The notes under the pieces were generated by a model, which was given only the letters and a program-made list of their open reading frames with translations, was not told where the DNA came from and did no database searches. The position numbers and the translations under genes were made by a program. From the NCBI GenBank assembly GCA_000934665.2, contig KZ538109.1, forward strand, positions 62,001 through 123,924: a stretch of 61,924 nucleotides of DNA, given 5' to 3'. Shown piece after piece: positions 1-12,000 of the stretch. The DNA is from Catajapyx aquilonaris (Eukaryota). Every line of letters begins with the position of its first letter. Position 1 is the first letter of the stretch.

Positions 1-923
1 GCAGCAGGACCACCCTGTACTACAACATCTCTGATTATGGCTGGCTTTACTGGATCATCCAATTCCCGCTTATTTATATGTACACTGTAAGTAAACAGAA
101 TTCATAAAATTACATGAAACTATTCTCAAAAATATTCAAAGGGGCATTATTGGAGATACAGTATAATGAAATATTTATTTGACAGGATTATTTGATCTAC
201 TGGCATCACCGAATGCACCACACGCCGTTCTTCTACAAGAACTTCCACAAGCTGCATCACAAGTGGAAGCATCCGACAGCGTTCACTGTGACCGCTGTGC
301 ATCCAGTGGAGTTCGTCCAGCTTCAGATAATCTCCTTCAGTCCAATGTTCATGGTGCCTTGTCATTACAGTGAGTACATCTGCGTCTCATACTAATAACA
401 CGAGAATGGGGATGATACCGGGTTGCTAATATCAGTGGCGGCCATGAGATATACCTGGAAGGTTGCCTAAGGTCATGCAGACTCAGTGGGTGCAATGCTA
501 TCTGATGTTTGGTGCAAATCGAGAAACAAAAATTACATTGTACTTCTCTTCTCAGTACCTCTGTTTGGATGCTTGATATACGGCTACTACCACGCGATCA
601 TAGACCACTCAGGCATCAACTTTAAGAGCTATTGGTGGCAGCCATGGCAGCCTGACTGTATCTTTCACGACAACCACCACCAGTACTTCCATCTCAATTT
701 CGGATTCAACATGTCTCTATGGGACAAGCTGCATGGGACGTACAGGAGGAAGGACAGGATATACCGAGAAGACATTTTCTACGGGCATGGGAAGCCTCTG
801 GAGAACGCTTCTAAGGAAGAGAAGATGATGGACTTGGAAGAAAGGCATGCTGAAAATCCTAAAGCGTACAAGAGCAACCAGAATGAATTTTTGGCAAATA
901 AAGTCAGCAAAAAGAAGTCTTGA
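1..923 (+). CDS. Fatty acid hydroxylase / sterol C5-desaturase-like gene, copy 1 (5'-partial)
   Basis: Exons <1-86, 186-369, 556-923 joined by GT-AG introns. His boxes HHRMHH, HKLHH, HSG and HDNHH are typical of the sterol desaturase/FA hydroxylase family. Confidence 0.9.
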
Positions 924-2192
924 CTCCACAAATTGCAGATGGCTTTTGTAAATATCAGTTTGTAAATACACGTCAGCTATTAAAATTAAGTTGTTGTCAA
1001 TCAACTGTCCCTTTCAAAAACCCAATTTCAGTTAAAAATCAGTTAGTCGATACATCGACGATACACGCTTCCATAGGGGAATGCGCAGTCCTCAATACTG
1101 TCATGCCCTCTCATATCTCTGCCTCATGAGACTCATCGTTCTGCACTTCAGTTCTTCACAACAACTTCAGGGCAATGCCTCTCACATCTTGAAAAAGAAA
1201 GTCTAGGTTTTTCTGCACATCATAACAACAGGATAAGAGGATTACCTATCAGTACCGTAAAGTGGGACGTTCGACATCTTGATATGATGCCTTATCCATT
1301 CGAGATCATCAACATTGATACAACTTTAAAGGGAGGCTGAAAAGTTGTAAGGCGTTACTTTTTATCCTTCAAATAATTCTGCATACATACATTGAAAATA
1401 ATCACATGTTAATCTAGCAATCAGAAACAATCTGTTGTCTAAAACACAAACGTATAGTACACATTGTCGTAAGTATGCAATGAATTCAATGACAACAATG
1501 CCTTTAGCAACTTTCGACAGTTAAAACTGAGAGACGGAACCAAAAGAAAACAAGACGGATTCAGGATGACCTACATAATTATATGATCCAAAATAATAAA
1601 TATCCTCTGCCACACTTCAAAAAAGTCAACGATGATGCAAGCCCAAAAAGAATCGTTCATTTTCTTTCAATATCAACCTTTCCATCATATTCTAGTGTCG
1701 GTTTTGTTGTTGTGGTTGTTGTTGTTTTTCTTGTAGCTTGACATTATCACCAGTCATGGAGAATCTACGTCGCCTTTCAGGAATTACTCATTTACCCGGT
1801 GCTGCATGCCATTTACTGGCTAAATAATATTAAATACCTGCAATTACGGAAAACAGAAAATGATGACAGGAATGTTGCAAAAACAAAGCCACGTGCACTG
1901 CTGCATCAGGTAATAATATTGTTATCAAAGCATAGTACGTGTCACCCCAATCTACAGTTGAATTTAAACTCAGCACCAGCAGGTGCATCTGTACCAAACT
2001 CGTACCAAAATTTATGTACATTACCTACACCCGTCCATTGTATGTACAATCTACAAGCAATAACATTCCAGCATCGGAGCTAAAATTTGATTAGATAATA
2101 ACTACTCTTTGCACTGCCTATACACACACACGTTACCTTAGAAGTACGAATGCACTCAAAATTGACAGCAGGTCCGCAGTAGTAGTGAAAAG

Positions 2193-3637
2193 ATGGCATC
2201 CAGTAAAATATCCGGTTATGCTGCTCCACTGACAGTAACTGTGGCCATGTTTCTTATGGGAGCCGGAATGAGAGGTAAGTCAACAGTCTCTTATATATAT
2301 GAACGGTAGTGCAACAGTCATTTTGACAATCCAACAGGCGAATGGATTTTGATACTGGCGCATGTCAAGAGATACCTGCAAGGATCCAATCCGCAAAAGG
2401 AAGGTGATGACGATGAGAACAATCCTTACTCACTCGCATACTACAAGCTCCAAAATTGGCCCCACTTCGTTATGTACAGTTTTGCATTTTCTTACATAAT
2501 CTACTTCGGAATGGGTGGTTTTCTGCATGTACGTAGTTTCGGACACAAAATTAAACCTGTCGCTCACACACACAATAATTTCAGTGGTACTACTACCAGC
2601 GACAGAAACACCATGCTTCGGAATGGAAGTGTCAACCTACCAAGTGGCACACACCTGAGATTCAACGACAGGAGATAATGCTTGGAACTATGTCTTTGAC
2701 CCTGGCCACTGCCCTCTCAGGATTTGTGGCATGTTACACATACAACGGTGGCAAAACCACTGTATACTACGAATTCAACCAGTACGGATGGCTTTGGTTC
2801 TTCCTACAGGCGCCAGCCATTTACTTCTATCAGGTATGCAGTCAACATGCACTTATTAGTATAGTTTACTTGTGTTGTAGTAATAGAGCATCCAATTTTT
2901 GTGTCAGGATTACGTGGTGTACTGGCACCATCGGATGCACCACCTTCCTTGGTTCTACAAGCGCTTCCATAAGCTTCACCACCAGTTCAAGCAACCCACG
3001 CCATTTTCAGCCACAGCCGTCCACCCATTAGAGTTCATAGAACTACAAGCCGTATATATATCTCCCATAGTGCTGTTCCCAGTGCATTGGGGTAAGACCT
3101 GAAATGAGAAAACCCACGCCATCATTTAGAACCGACATAACTTACATGCAATGATCTGTTTCAGTACCGTTCATCTGTGTCTTGTCTTTCATCTTCTACA
3201 ACGGCATTATCGAGCACTCAGGCATCAACTTCAAGAGGAGCTGGTGGCAAGTGTGGAAATCGGATGCCATCTTTCACGACAACCACCATCAGTACTTTCA
3301 CGTCAACTTTGGCCTCAATTGCGACTGGTGGGATAAGGTAAACTGTATACTGGACCTATGATCATTCACGCTATTACGCTAACACTTCTGTCATTAACAG
3401 ATTCACGGGACTCAGCGTCGAATAGACAGAATATATCGAGAAGACGTTTTCTATGGGAAAGGAAAGCCATTGGATGAAGCCTCGCTTGATGAAATACAAG
3501 CGGACATCACAGAGCGAAAGGCTGAAAATCCGACGGCTTACAGGAGCAACCGAAATGAGTTCGACTTGGATATTAAGGAGTACAAGAAAAAGTGTGATAT
3601 AAAATGGGTTCCAGTTGACTCTACACACAGTACCTGA
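2193..3637 (+). CDS. Fatty acid hydroxylase / sterol C5-desaturase-like gene, copy 2
   Basis: Exons 2193-2274, 2338-2528, 2585-2833, 2908-3091, 3165-3337, 3401-3637, in frame. Motifs WKCQPTKW, YWHHRMHH, FHKLHH, IEHSG, FHDNHHQYFHVNFG. Confidence 0.92.
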
Positions 3638-4263
3638 GGAAGTCACGTCAATTTAAGCCAATTTATACTTCTCCAGATAACAAAATCTGACAAGGCCATT
3701 TCTGGTCATTCTGCTCATGACACCCAGGTCATCTGATGATTTTAATGAATAACACATACATAGAACTAATACGGCAGTCAGTGTACTTCCATCAGCTTTG
3801 TCTACGAAAATGAAGCAAATTTCCTGCAACAATGTCGCGTGCAATTGTATCAGATTGAAAGAAATAATTTTCCTTCAATATATTGATGTTAGGGCAGAAC
3901 TCAGCACATATTTCCTAGCAATCCAGTGAGTTCATATGATTGCTGTATACGGCTTACATTTTAAATCAAAATAGAGAATAAATAATTTTAAACGTCCCTC
4001 GAAAATAGGTTAGCTTACGTTAGACAGGTAGGGGCATGAATTCTGACAATCAGGTGATTTTTTCCCCCTCCAATCATGATGGTACCAGTAATCTTTCACA
4101 ATCCTATTAAATCATGTCAAATCCTCCACAATCACCTGCAATCACTAATAAATCAAAAACAAGCCTTTGACAACCATTCACTAATCTTGCACAACCACCC
4201 ACAATTTTCAACAATCCCAATCAGGCATACACCAAAAGGAGCAGTTACCTCCACTGGGCCACA

Positions 4264-4718
4264 AGGTCCAGTATTTACCTTTCCTGGGCCATTGAAGGTC
4301 CTGGATCCTCTCTCTCCCCCCCCCCCCCNNNNNNNNNNNCCTCCCCCACTGGGTAAAGATGTGGATTTTATATGGCACCACAGGGTTCATGTTTGAAAAT
4401 AGAAACATGTGCAGCAAGGGTAGAAGGGCCTATCAAGACAGGACATATTCAGACATTTTTGCCTTTATATGTCCTGTACAGGCACTTATAGGCAGAAAAA
4501 ACTTTGAAGGGGGGCCATTTCATAAGCACAAGGTGGGTTCAAGGTCACACAAGCTTAGGTGAATGTGGGAGATTTGAATGGGGGTGTATTAGATGAAATT
4601 GGTAGCACTTTCCCCAAAAAATCATGAATTAGTAATTTCTAATTCTATTTCAAACTGTCCTGTATATTGTCGCGGTCCTGACAAAATTGGGTCGCAGTCC
4701 GCCAGTTGAATAGCCCTG
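4264..4718. mobile_element. hAT-type MITE, 5'-truncated copy (same family as 34889-35265)
   Basis: Extended similarity to 34889-35265. Ends in GTTGAATAGCCCTG, the reverse complement of that copy's left terminus. Contains a poly-C run with an N gap. Confidence 0.75.
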
Positions 4719-5174
4719 GTATAGTCTAGTCTATCAAATAAAACACCGCCTTGAATCAATTGCCACTAGTTCGGCATAAAACAATAATCCCGTTTTTCAA
4801 GAGTCTAGTTTTCTTTCATTACACCTAACCCACCTACTTCCCCTGCATTAACCCTTCGATTCTTAGAGCCTATCAGACTTTCACATAGCTTTGTGAGATA
4901 GTCTACTTGGAAAACAAAGATGATTAAACAATACAGTATTATGGATCATTAAGAGCATGGATATGAATTACTGCATAAACTGGTAATATACACCATATGG
5001 ATAACTCAGATTTCTATAAAAAAATACTCAACTGTGACACTTATGTAATGATATATTATATACATGGTCTTACTTGTTTGATATCACCACACAGCCTTAT
5101 CTGGTATATACTGGTAGTTCAATGTGCATCAGTGAAAAAATAGTCAGATATAGTCAGCTACACAAATAGCTACC

Positions 5175-6928
5175 ATGGCAGAAGCACATATTTTTAGTAG
5201 ATCATGGCAGCTGCTGTCGAGTTTCATTCTTTCACTTATTGTTATGAGTGCCATTATAGTTTTCAGCACCGGCTCCCAAGGTATGTGATACATAAATAAT
5301 ACATCCCATTTATGTATATTACATGATTGTAAGCTGTTTACAGGCAAGGGTGTATTACTGATGGCACAATTTTCTACGCCCCATGACAAAAAAAGACTTG
5401 AAAACTATAACTTCACTGAAGAGTGGGTAGCGAAAATGGCACCAAATCTCGTCTTTGGCTATGCAATTTATTTCGGAGTGGGTGGATTCTTGCATGTAAG
5501 TCGAGGCAAATGCATTCCAGCTGTTACGACCAAAATAACATAAATATCCTTCTAGTGGTATTTTTACATGCATCAACATAACAGTGCAGATCACTGGAAA
5601 TGTCAACCTAACAAATGGCCTGAACCTGGCATGAACAGCTATGCCATCATGTTAGGCACTGTTAACATGATGCTTGGTACTGCCGTGGCTTCGCTTCTGG
5701 CTTGCTGCACTGAAATGGGACTCTATACAACTATTTACGAAAGGATCCAAGATTATGGATGGCTCTGGTGGTTTCTGCAATGGCCGGTCCTGTTCACACT
5801 TCATGTATGGGACAACCTGACATTTTCAATCAAACTTTTATGTAACTGTCAATTAACCGTTGCTTCACAGGATTACACACAATACTGGGTCCATCGTGCT
5901 TTTCACATACCATTCCTCTACAAGAATTTCCATAAAGTACATCATAAATTCAAGCGTCCAACTGCCTTTGCTGCCACAGCTTTACATCCAGTTGAATTCC
6001 TTGTCCTCGAAATGCAGCAACTCATGTTCATGTTTATCTTTCCTGTTCATATTGGTAAGCATTTACCGAAGCAGGTTGGCATAGTGGATAAGGCGCCCGA
6101 CTGCTAATCGGGAGGTCCTGGGTTCGAATCCCGGGGCTGGCAACTCTGACCGTGGTTTTCTGTGGTTTCCCACGGTCCTTCCAGGAAAATTCCGGAGTTG
6201 CTTCCGTAATTAATAGGCCTCAGCCGCTTCCTTCCGTCCCTATCCCATTCCAAAAAGTGCAGTAAAATGAAAGCAAAGAGTTCCAGGCAAAACAAAACTT
6301 CCCCCCTAAAGAGCCGATAGGCTGATAACGGGGTATGAATTATTATTATTATTATTATTATTATTATTGGTAAGCATTTAAAAACTTGAAATCTAGAATA
6401 GTGCCTCATTCTGCAAGAAATTATCACAGGGAAAAATTCAGAAAGGTTTACAGAGGCATCATAATAATTATTATCATCTACACAAAAAGTTGGAAAGTAA
6501 ATGGACTGAAACTTCTCTGAATTTCATCCCCATCCTGCAATCTCATTTCAGTGCCCTTCACTGCTTCGTTGCTGTACCGCTACTACATTGGCCTATTACA
6601 ACACTCTGGCATTTACTTTGAGAGTAAATGGTACTACCCGAGTCTATTGGACACGCTCTACCATGACAACCATCATCAGTACTTCCACGTCAATTTTGGT
6701 GAATATACAGATATCTGGGACAGGCTACATGGAACTCTAAGGCAGAAAGATCGCATTTATGGTGAGAAGTATTTTTACGGAAAGGGAAAGCAACTGGGAG
6801 ATGCTTCTCCTGAAGAAATCAGGGAGGAGATTCAGGAGAGAAGGTCTGAGCATTCTGTTGGAGCAGCACGGCATAAGACTGATGTTTTAGAAAAGTTGTC
6901 AATATTGGTGACAAAGAAGGCGTTATAG
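5175..6928 (+). CDS. Fatty acid hydroxylase / sterol C5-desaturase-like gene, copy 3 (divergent)
   Basis: Exons 5175-5280, 5344-5495, 5556-5804, 5871-6054, 6552-6928. Motifs WKCQPNKW, YWVHRAFH, FHKVHH, LQHSG, YHDNHHQYFHVNFG. Confidence 0.9.
6066..6365 (+). mobile_element. tRNA-derived SINE in the last intron of desaturase copy 3
   Basis: A box TGGCATAGTGG, B box GGTTCGAATCC, (TAT)n tail, and 15-bp TSD ATTGGTAAGCATTTA at 6051-6065 and 6366-6380. Confidence 0.9.
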
Positions 6929-8439
6929 AGGAGGCAGCTCTGTCAATCTCGAACAAATACAGGACTGTTTACTGTTGCCTGGTTTGTAGCATGGAGACAG
7001 TTGCTGTGTAACTGTTGTTGGAGGATCCATAGTATGTTTTGGAAACCAGATAGTTCTCATATAGAGGTGTTCGAAATAATACAGTCTTTGAGTCCGATAT
7101 CTTATTCCTTCCTTTCCCCCGCCTAGCATCCTCCATATTCCCTTGCAGTGATGGTCACGTGTGACAAGTGGCACAACAGTACAAATTAATTTGCAAATGC
7201 TACGCAGTCTAAACCAGTCAGTCTTACCACTCAATTTCCCTTATCCTCTCTCAAGTCACTAAAAAAAAAGAAACAGTGCAATATTAGCATAATGATGCTA
7301 CTCTAGCCCAACACAAGGTCATCTCATGGATATGAAAACTAACCCTCGAGGATACGTACCAACTGAAGATTTTCAGGTATTCTTGCTCATTTTCCTAGGA
7401 TATGAATATCATGTTTTAAATACATATGTACATCGTGACATTTCCATAAAAGAGGTAGTCAGTTAAGAATAAAAAAAAGCAAGTTAGCCACAATTTTCAG
7501 GTAAAAACATGATAATGGTAACATGCAAATCATGGCCGATCACTGTTGCAAAATTATTATTTTTACAATAAAGCGATATGAACACGAGGCAAGCTAGTTA
7601 TTACAGAAACTGGCAAATAACTCACATTTCTGTAAATATCCCTTGATAAAACATATTTAGATGCCTAACGTCATTTGTGATATAATGGTCTTGCCTTGAT
7701 AGAACATACTCCTACTGGTAGTGAAACAATTTAAAAAAATGATAGTACAGCAGGTACCCGTTTTATGCAGCTGCATTTTATGCTGTTTCACATTATTGGC
7801 AGTTTGAAAATGTTTTAATTGAAAAATTGTGACAAATTTGATGATAACAACACAATCTGAACATAAACACATCATGGCAACACTTCTGAGGCCAAACACA
7901 CGACCATAAATGATATTTTTTGTCTTTCGTGGTGCCTTGTGGCGGGGTCTATCGATAAATACAGTACCATAATGTTGGTCTCGGCACTCCCCGAAGTCTG
8001 TCAAATACGCTACATCTACTGCAGTTCTTGCCGAAAGAAGGGAAGAGAAGCCTCACACTTGATGACCCTCAACCTGGAACCGCTCATTAAATGCGCATAA
8101 TAAATGTTTCAAATAGTTACCATTAAAAACAGCAATTTAAGTAGGACTACTCTGAGGGAAAATTTTGGAAATCTTGGAACCTATCTCATTTACTTACATT
8201 ATAATTTTGTATCATTTTACACCTTTCACTTTACGCTGCATTTTGATGGAACAAATTACAGGCATACAGGTACTAATCAGCATGTAATTTTAGTAGCCAG
8301 ATAGCCAGATACTGTGACGTTTCATTATTTCATTCATTGTTACAAGTCGTATCAGTTCTATATAATCACTCTTGGCTGGAAGATGTTGAAAAATTGTTAC
8401 TATTGGTAAAAATAGAAGGTGATATAGAGGGGGAGACTC

Positions 8440-8567
8440 ATGCTGGATTGCACCAACTAAATTGCCGAATCGATAGCCCTAATAGATCGTTAGGACACCC
8501 TTTTAATGTGTGATAACACTCTATTAGGAGCTATCAAATCGGTAATTTCGTTGTGCAATCAGGCATC
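8440..8567. repeat. Imperfect inverted repeat (MITE-like hairpin) downstream of the RUFY stop codon
   Basis: ATGCTGGATTGCAC..AAATTGCCGA..GATAGC..CTAATAGA pairs with TCTATTAG..GCTATC..TCGGTAATTT..GTGCAATCAGGCAT. Confidence 0.65.
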
Positions 8568-9030
8568 AGTTTTATATTGCTGCAAAATAGGATGCAAACA
8601 ACATCCAGGAAAAGTTATATGTGTAAAGCTGTACACTAATTTATTCACATTTTTATAATTTCGCTGACAACACATATAAGTCAGGTTTATGAGTAGCATC
8701 AAACATTTGAGCATGTTGACTTACATTAGCAAGGGAAGCTCGGAAGGCACTATACAGTAACGTCAACAGTGCCCGAGGAATCTCATTCAACGTCCTTTTT
8801 AGTGTTCACTTTCTCTCTCACTCTCTCTCTTGTTGCTTAAAATGATGCCTGATCAGGAATGTCATTCTTCACCCATCACCAACATGGAGACATGTCACAA
8901 AGTTGATATCATGACAAGTATACTGTTCGCATGTGCCTACACCAGATCTGTCTTCTTTACACTTAAAAATATATGATGGCAACAGTATTTTGATTCTATG
9001 TGCACAATAATTTCGACAAATAATAATGTT

Positions 9031-12000
9031 TTATGGTGTTGTAGACGGGGCTGAGGTGTAACGTTGAAGTAATAAGGTATAACAATCATCGCAAACTCTT
9101 ACTGGTTTGGCAGAGGAAGGCAACTGCATCGTGTTGTCAGAACACTGGTGGCAGTAAATGTCACCACAGTTTCGACAATGGTGCTGGAAAAATAGGGACG
9201 ATTTTTTTGTAAGGTACAAGTCTTTAGCTTCAGACAGAAGATAATGGATGCAACATTCATCCTACAGTTCTACCTGTGGACAATGCATTCATAAATGTCC
9301 AGTGCAGATTTTGCAGCCTTTAGAAATTGTCTACAATCAGAAAGGCAGAACACAGCAATTCCCCCCCATTGCCTATGCCCTATGGGAATGTCATAATACT
9401 GCAGAATTCTCATACAGTACTTCCACTCCCCAATAGACTCATGCATGCAAACAAATTCAATGCGACATCTTTCCCCACCAGCGGCCCTCTCCCAATGCAA
9501 CAAGTGTCCTACCTTTCGCCGCGTGATGTTGAACTCCTTTGTGCATGCCCTGCAGTTAGTAGCTTCCTTGTCGGGTGCCCACTGAGCGTCCAGCATCCCT
9601 CTGGAAGCCTCCTTCATGTCTTCAACCTTCAGCTTGGATTCACTTAAGTGCACTCCTAGCTCAGCAAGGGTCTTCTCATGCTCTCTGCATTGCTCCACTA
9701 AGTGCAGATGTTCTGCCTTCAGGATCTCATAGTCCTAAAGTTTGAGAAATGTATACATGTAAAATAACTTGCTATGATAGGAACTTCATATGAATAGAAT
9801 TTCGAAAACCATGGGGATGGATAATAATCAACAGCAAAAAAAAAGCAAGCACAAGAGTAACCTATGGATACCTAAAATAAAACCTGATTTCAAAGAGTAG
9901 GCCTACATTGCTAAACTCAGAGCTGTCAGTACTGCTGAGTTCTCCTATTGTTATTTTATTGTTACTAGTTTATGTCACTGAGGCAGCCACTGAGTTTAGC
10001 AGCTTACTCAATGTGTCGTATTTGCAACAACAGTATAAATTTAGGCTCACCAAGGCCTTCTCCGTAGCATTTGAACTAATTCAATTACAAGATCCCAACT
10101 TACGGCCTGAAGTATTGTTTGTTGTGGTCAGTGCCAGCTCTATGGGTCATTGCACTACCAGGGGCCACAAAGGAATCCTGACAAAAAGGCTGAACAATAA
10201 TACAGTTGACTCCGGATATAACATCCTGGGCTATAACAGACTTGAAAGGCCGGTCCTGGCAAACTTCTGAAGGGCCTGTATATTTTTACTCCTAATGTAA
10301 CATGGACTCATTTTCACCTCACCTCACTGTCAGCCATAACAGACCATATTTTGGCCCCTTGGCAGGAAAATATGTTGTTTATGATTACTCAGATTCCTTT
10401 CCCATGATGTCACTGATCTAAGCTACTCAATATCATACTTTTTCTGTTATATTTGGCAACAAATGGACGGCTGACGAAAATTACGCTTTTTTTGGGTCAT
10501 GCATAATTGATGAGAGAGCTAATTATGCATTTTTTGTGGATAGTTTCATTAATGTATGCAGTACTGGGCATTATAAGCATATGGAAAGCAGAAAACTTCG
10601 CTTATTTATTGAAGAAGTGGTGATTCGGCTATAACAGATCTCAGTTATAACATACTTCTTTCTGTGGTCCCTTGCTTGAAGCCTGTTATATGAGGGGCAT
10701 TCGGAAAGTCTTTACACTTTATTTTTTTGCCACAAATACAGAGCCCGTGCAGGTCAACAGAGAGGCACACATTATCTATAGAATCCTCCTGGGGGTGGAT
10801 TCACAAAAGAAGCAAATAGATACAACGTTGCAAGGTCAGTTCACTTTTTCGCCACCGGAGGGGTGGCGCTGCTAGTTGGATTCACAAAGCAGCGCAACTA
10901 CTTACAACCAGGCGGATCTCTACGCCTGCTCGGGAGGAGGTGTAAGCTGGAGACATGGTCGACGACTGGCTCCAATTCGGACCGGAGCTAGAAGTCTCAG
11001 ATAGACCTCACCCAGCCTTTCCCCAGATAATCCAGGATCGCATGTGCTTGAGTAACTCCCAAACACTAAATTCATGTTAATCCGAACAACTTAATTTTGA
11101 CCACGAATTTTGTGATTTTTCGCACTGTGCACAGGTTGGAAACCACTGCTCTAACCTAGGTAGTCATTCTGATCTACATTATTAGTAAGATGTTAAGAGT
11201 ATGGCATGCCTGTACATAACAATGTGTCAAGCTGGGTCTGGAAGGCATATCTGTCCTAACCTGACTTGGCACTTGGACAAATCACTGTTTGTCAAAATCA
11301 CTATTTAGAATTTCTTGCCCTAACTTTGCATGGTTGTAATGCCCCATCAACAACCTTTATGACAAAACATCTGAGGAATTTCAGATCAGACTGGGAACCT
11401 ATATCTGTGAGATCATGCTAGTACTATTGCATTAGTCCAAAAACCTGCAATAAACTAAAGGCCGTGGAAGTGACCCACCTAAAATTTAAAAATATCAGTG
11501 CTTCATTGGACAGCCCTGGTACGCAATTCCACCTCAGATCAAATCATTATCCACCTCACCTTGCTCTTCTTGTCCAGTGCTTGAGTCTTCTGCATAAGTT
11601 CTGCTATCTTTTCTCTGTCTCTCACCAATGTGTCCTGAAGTGACTGCCTCCACTCCTTTTCTACCCTCAGGTCCCCTTCCAGAGTGGACGACCTGATCTC
11701 CTTATCCGCCACCTGCTGGCCCATATTACGCAGGGATTCATGCGCAGCCTCAAGGTTTTGCTCGGCATCCTGATTCCTAACCACAAAAATAAATTTCCAG
11801 GACTGTAATTTTAATAAGCGGGCAGAACAAAATCAGGATTAAGAAAACAAAAAGCAGAGACTGGATATAACATGGAAAACGGTTATCTGACAATTTATAA
11901 GTGGAAATAAATGTATTCCTGCAAACTGTATAAGAGTCTATCCAGCCGCAAGGAATTCAGTTATGTTCAACTAACACGTAAATTGTGAAAAATGATTGTA

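Noticed and set aside
4318..4348. Poly-C tract with Ns
   Set aside because: Assembly gap in a homopolymer inside the hAT MITE. The same tract has an N in the second copy.
6066..6145. tRNA-Ser(GCT)-like gene
   Set aside because: No long variable arm or proper acceptor stem. Followed by a SINE body, tail and TSD, with a second copy at 49868-50021.
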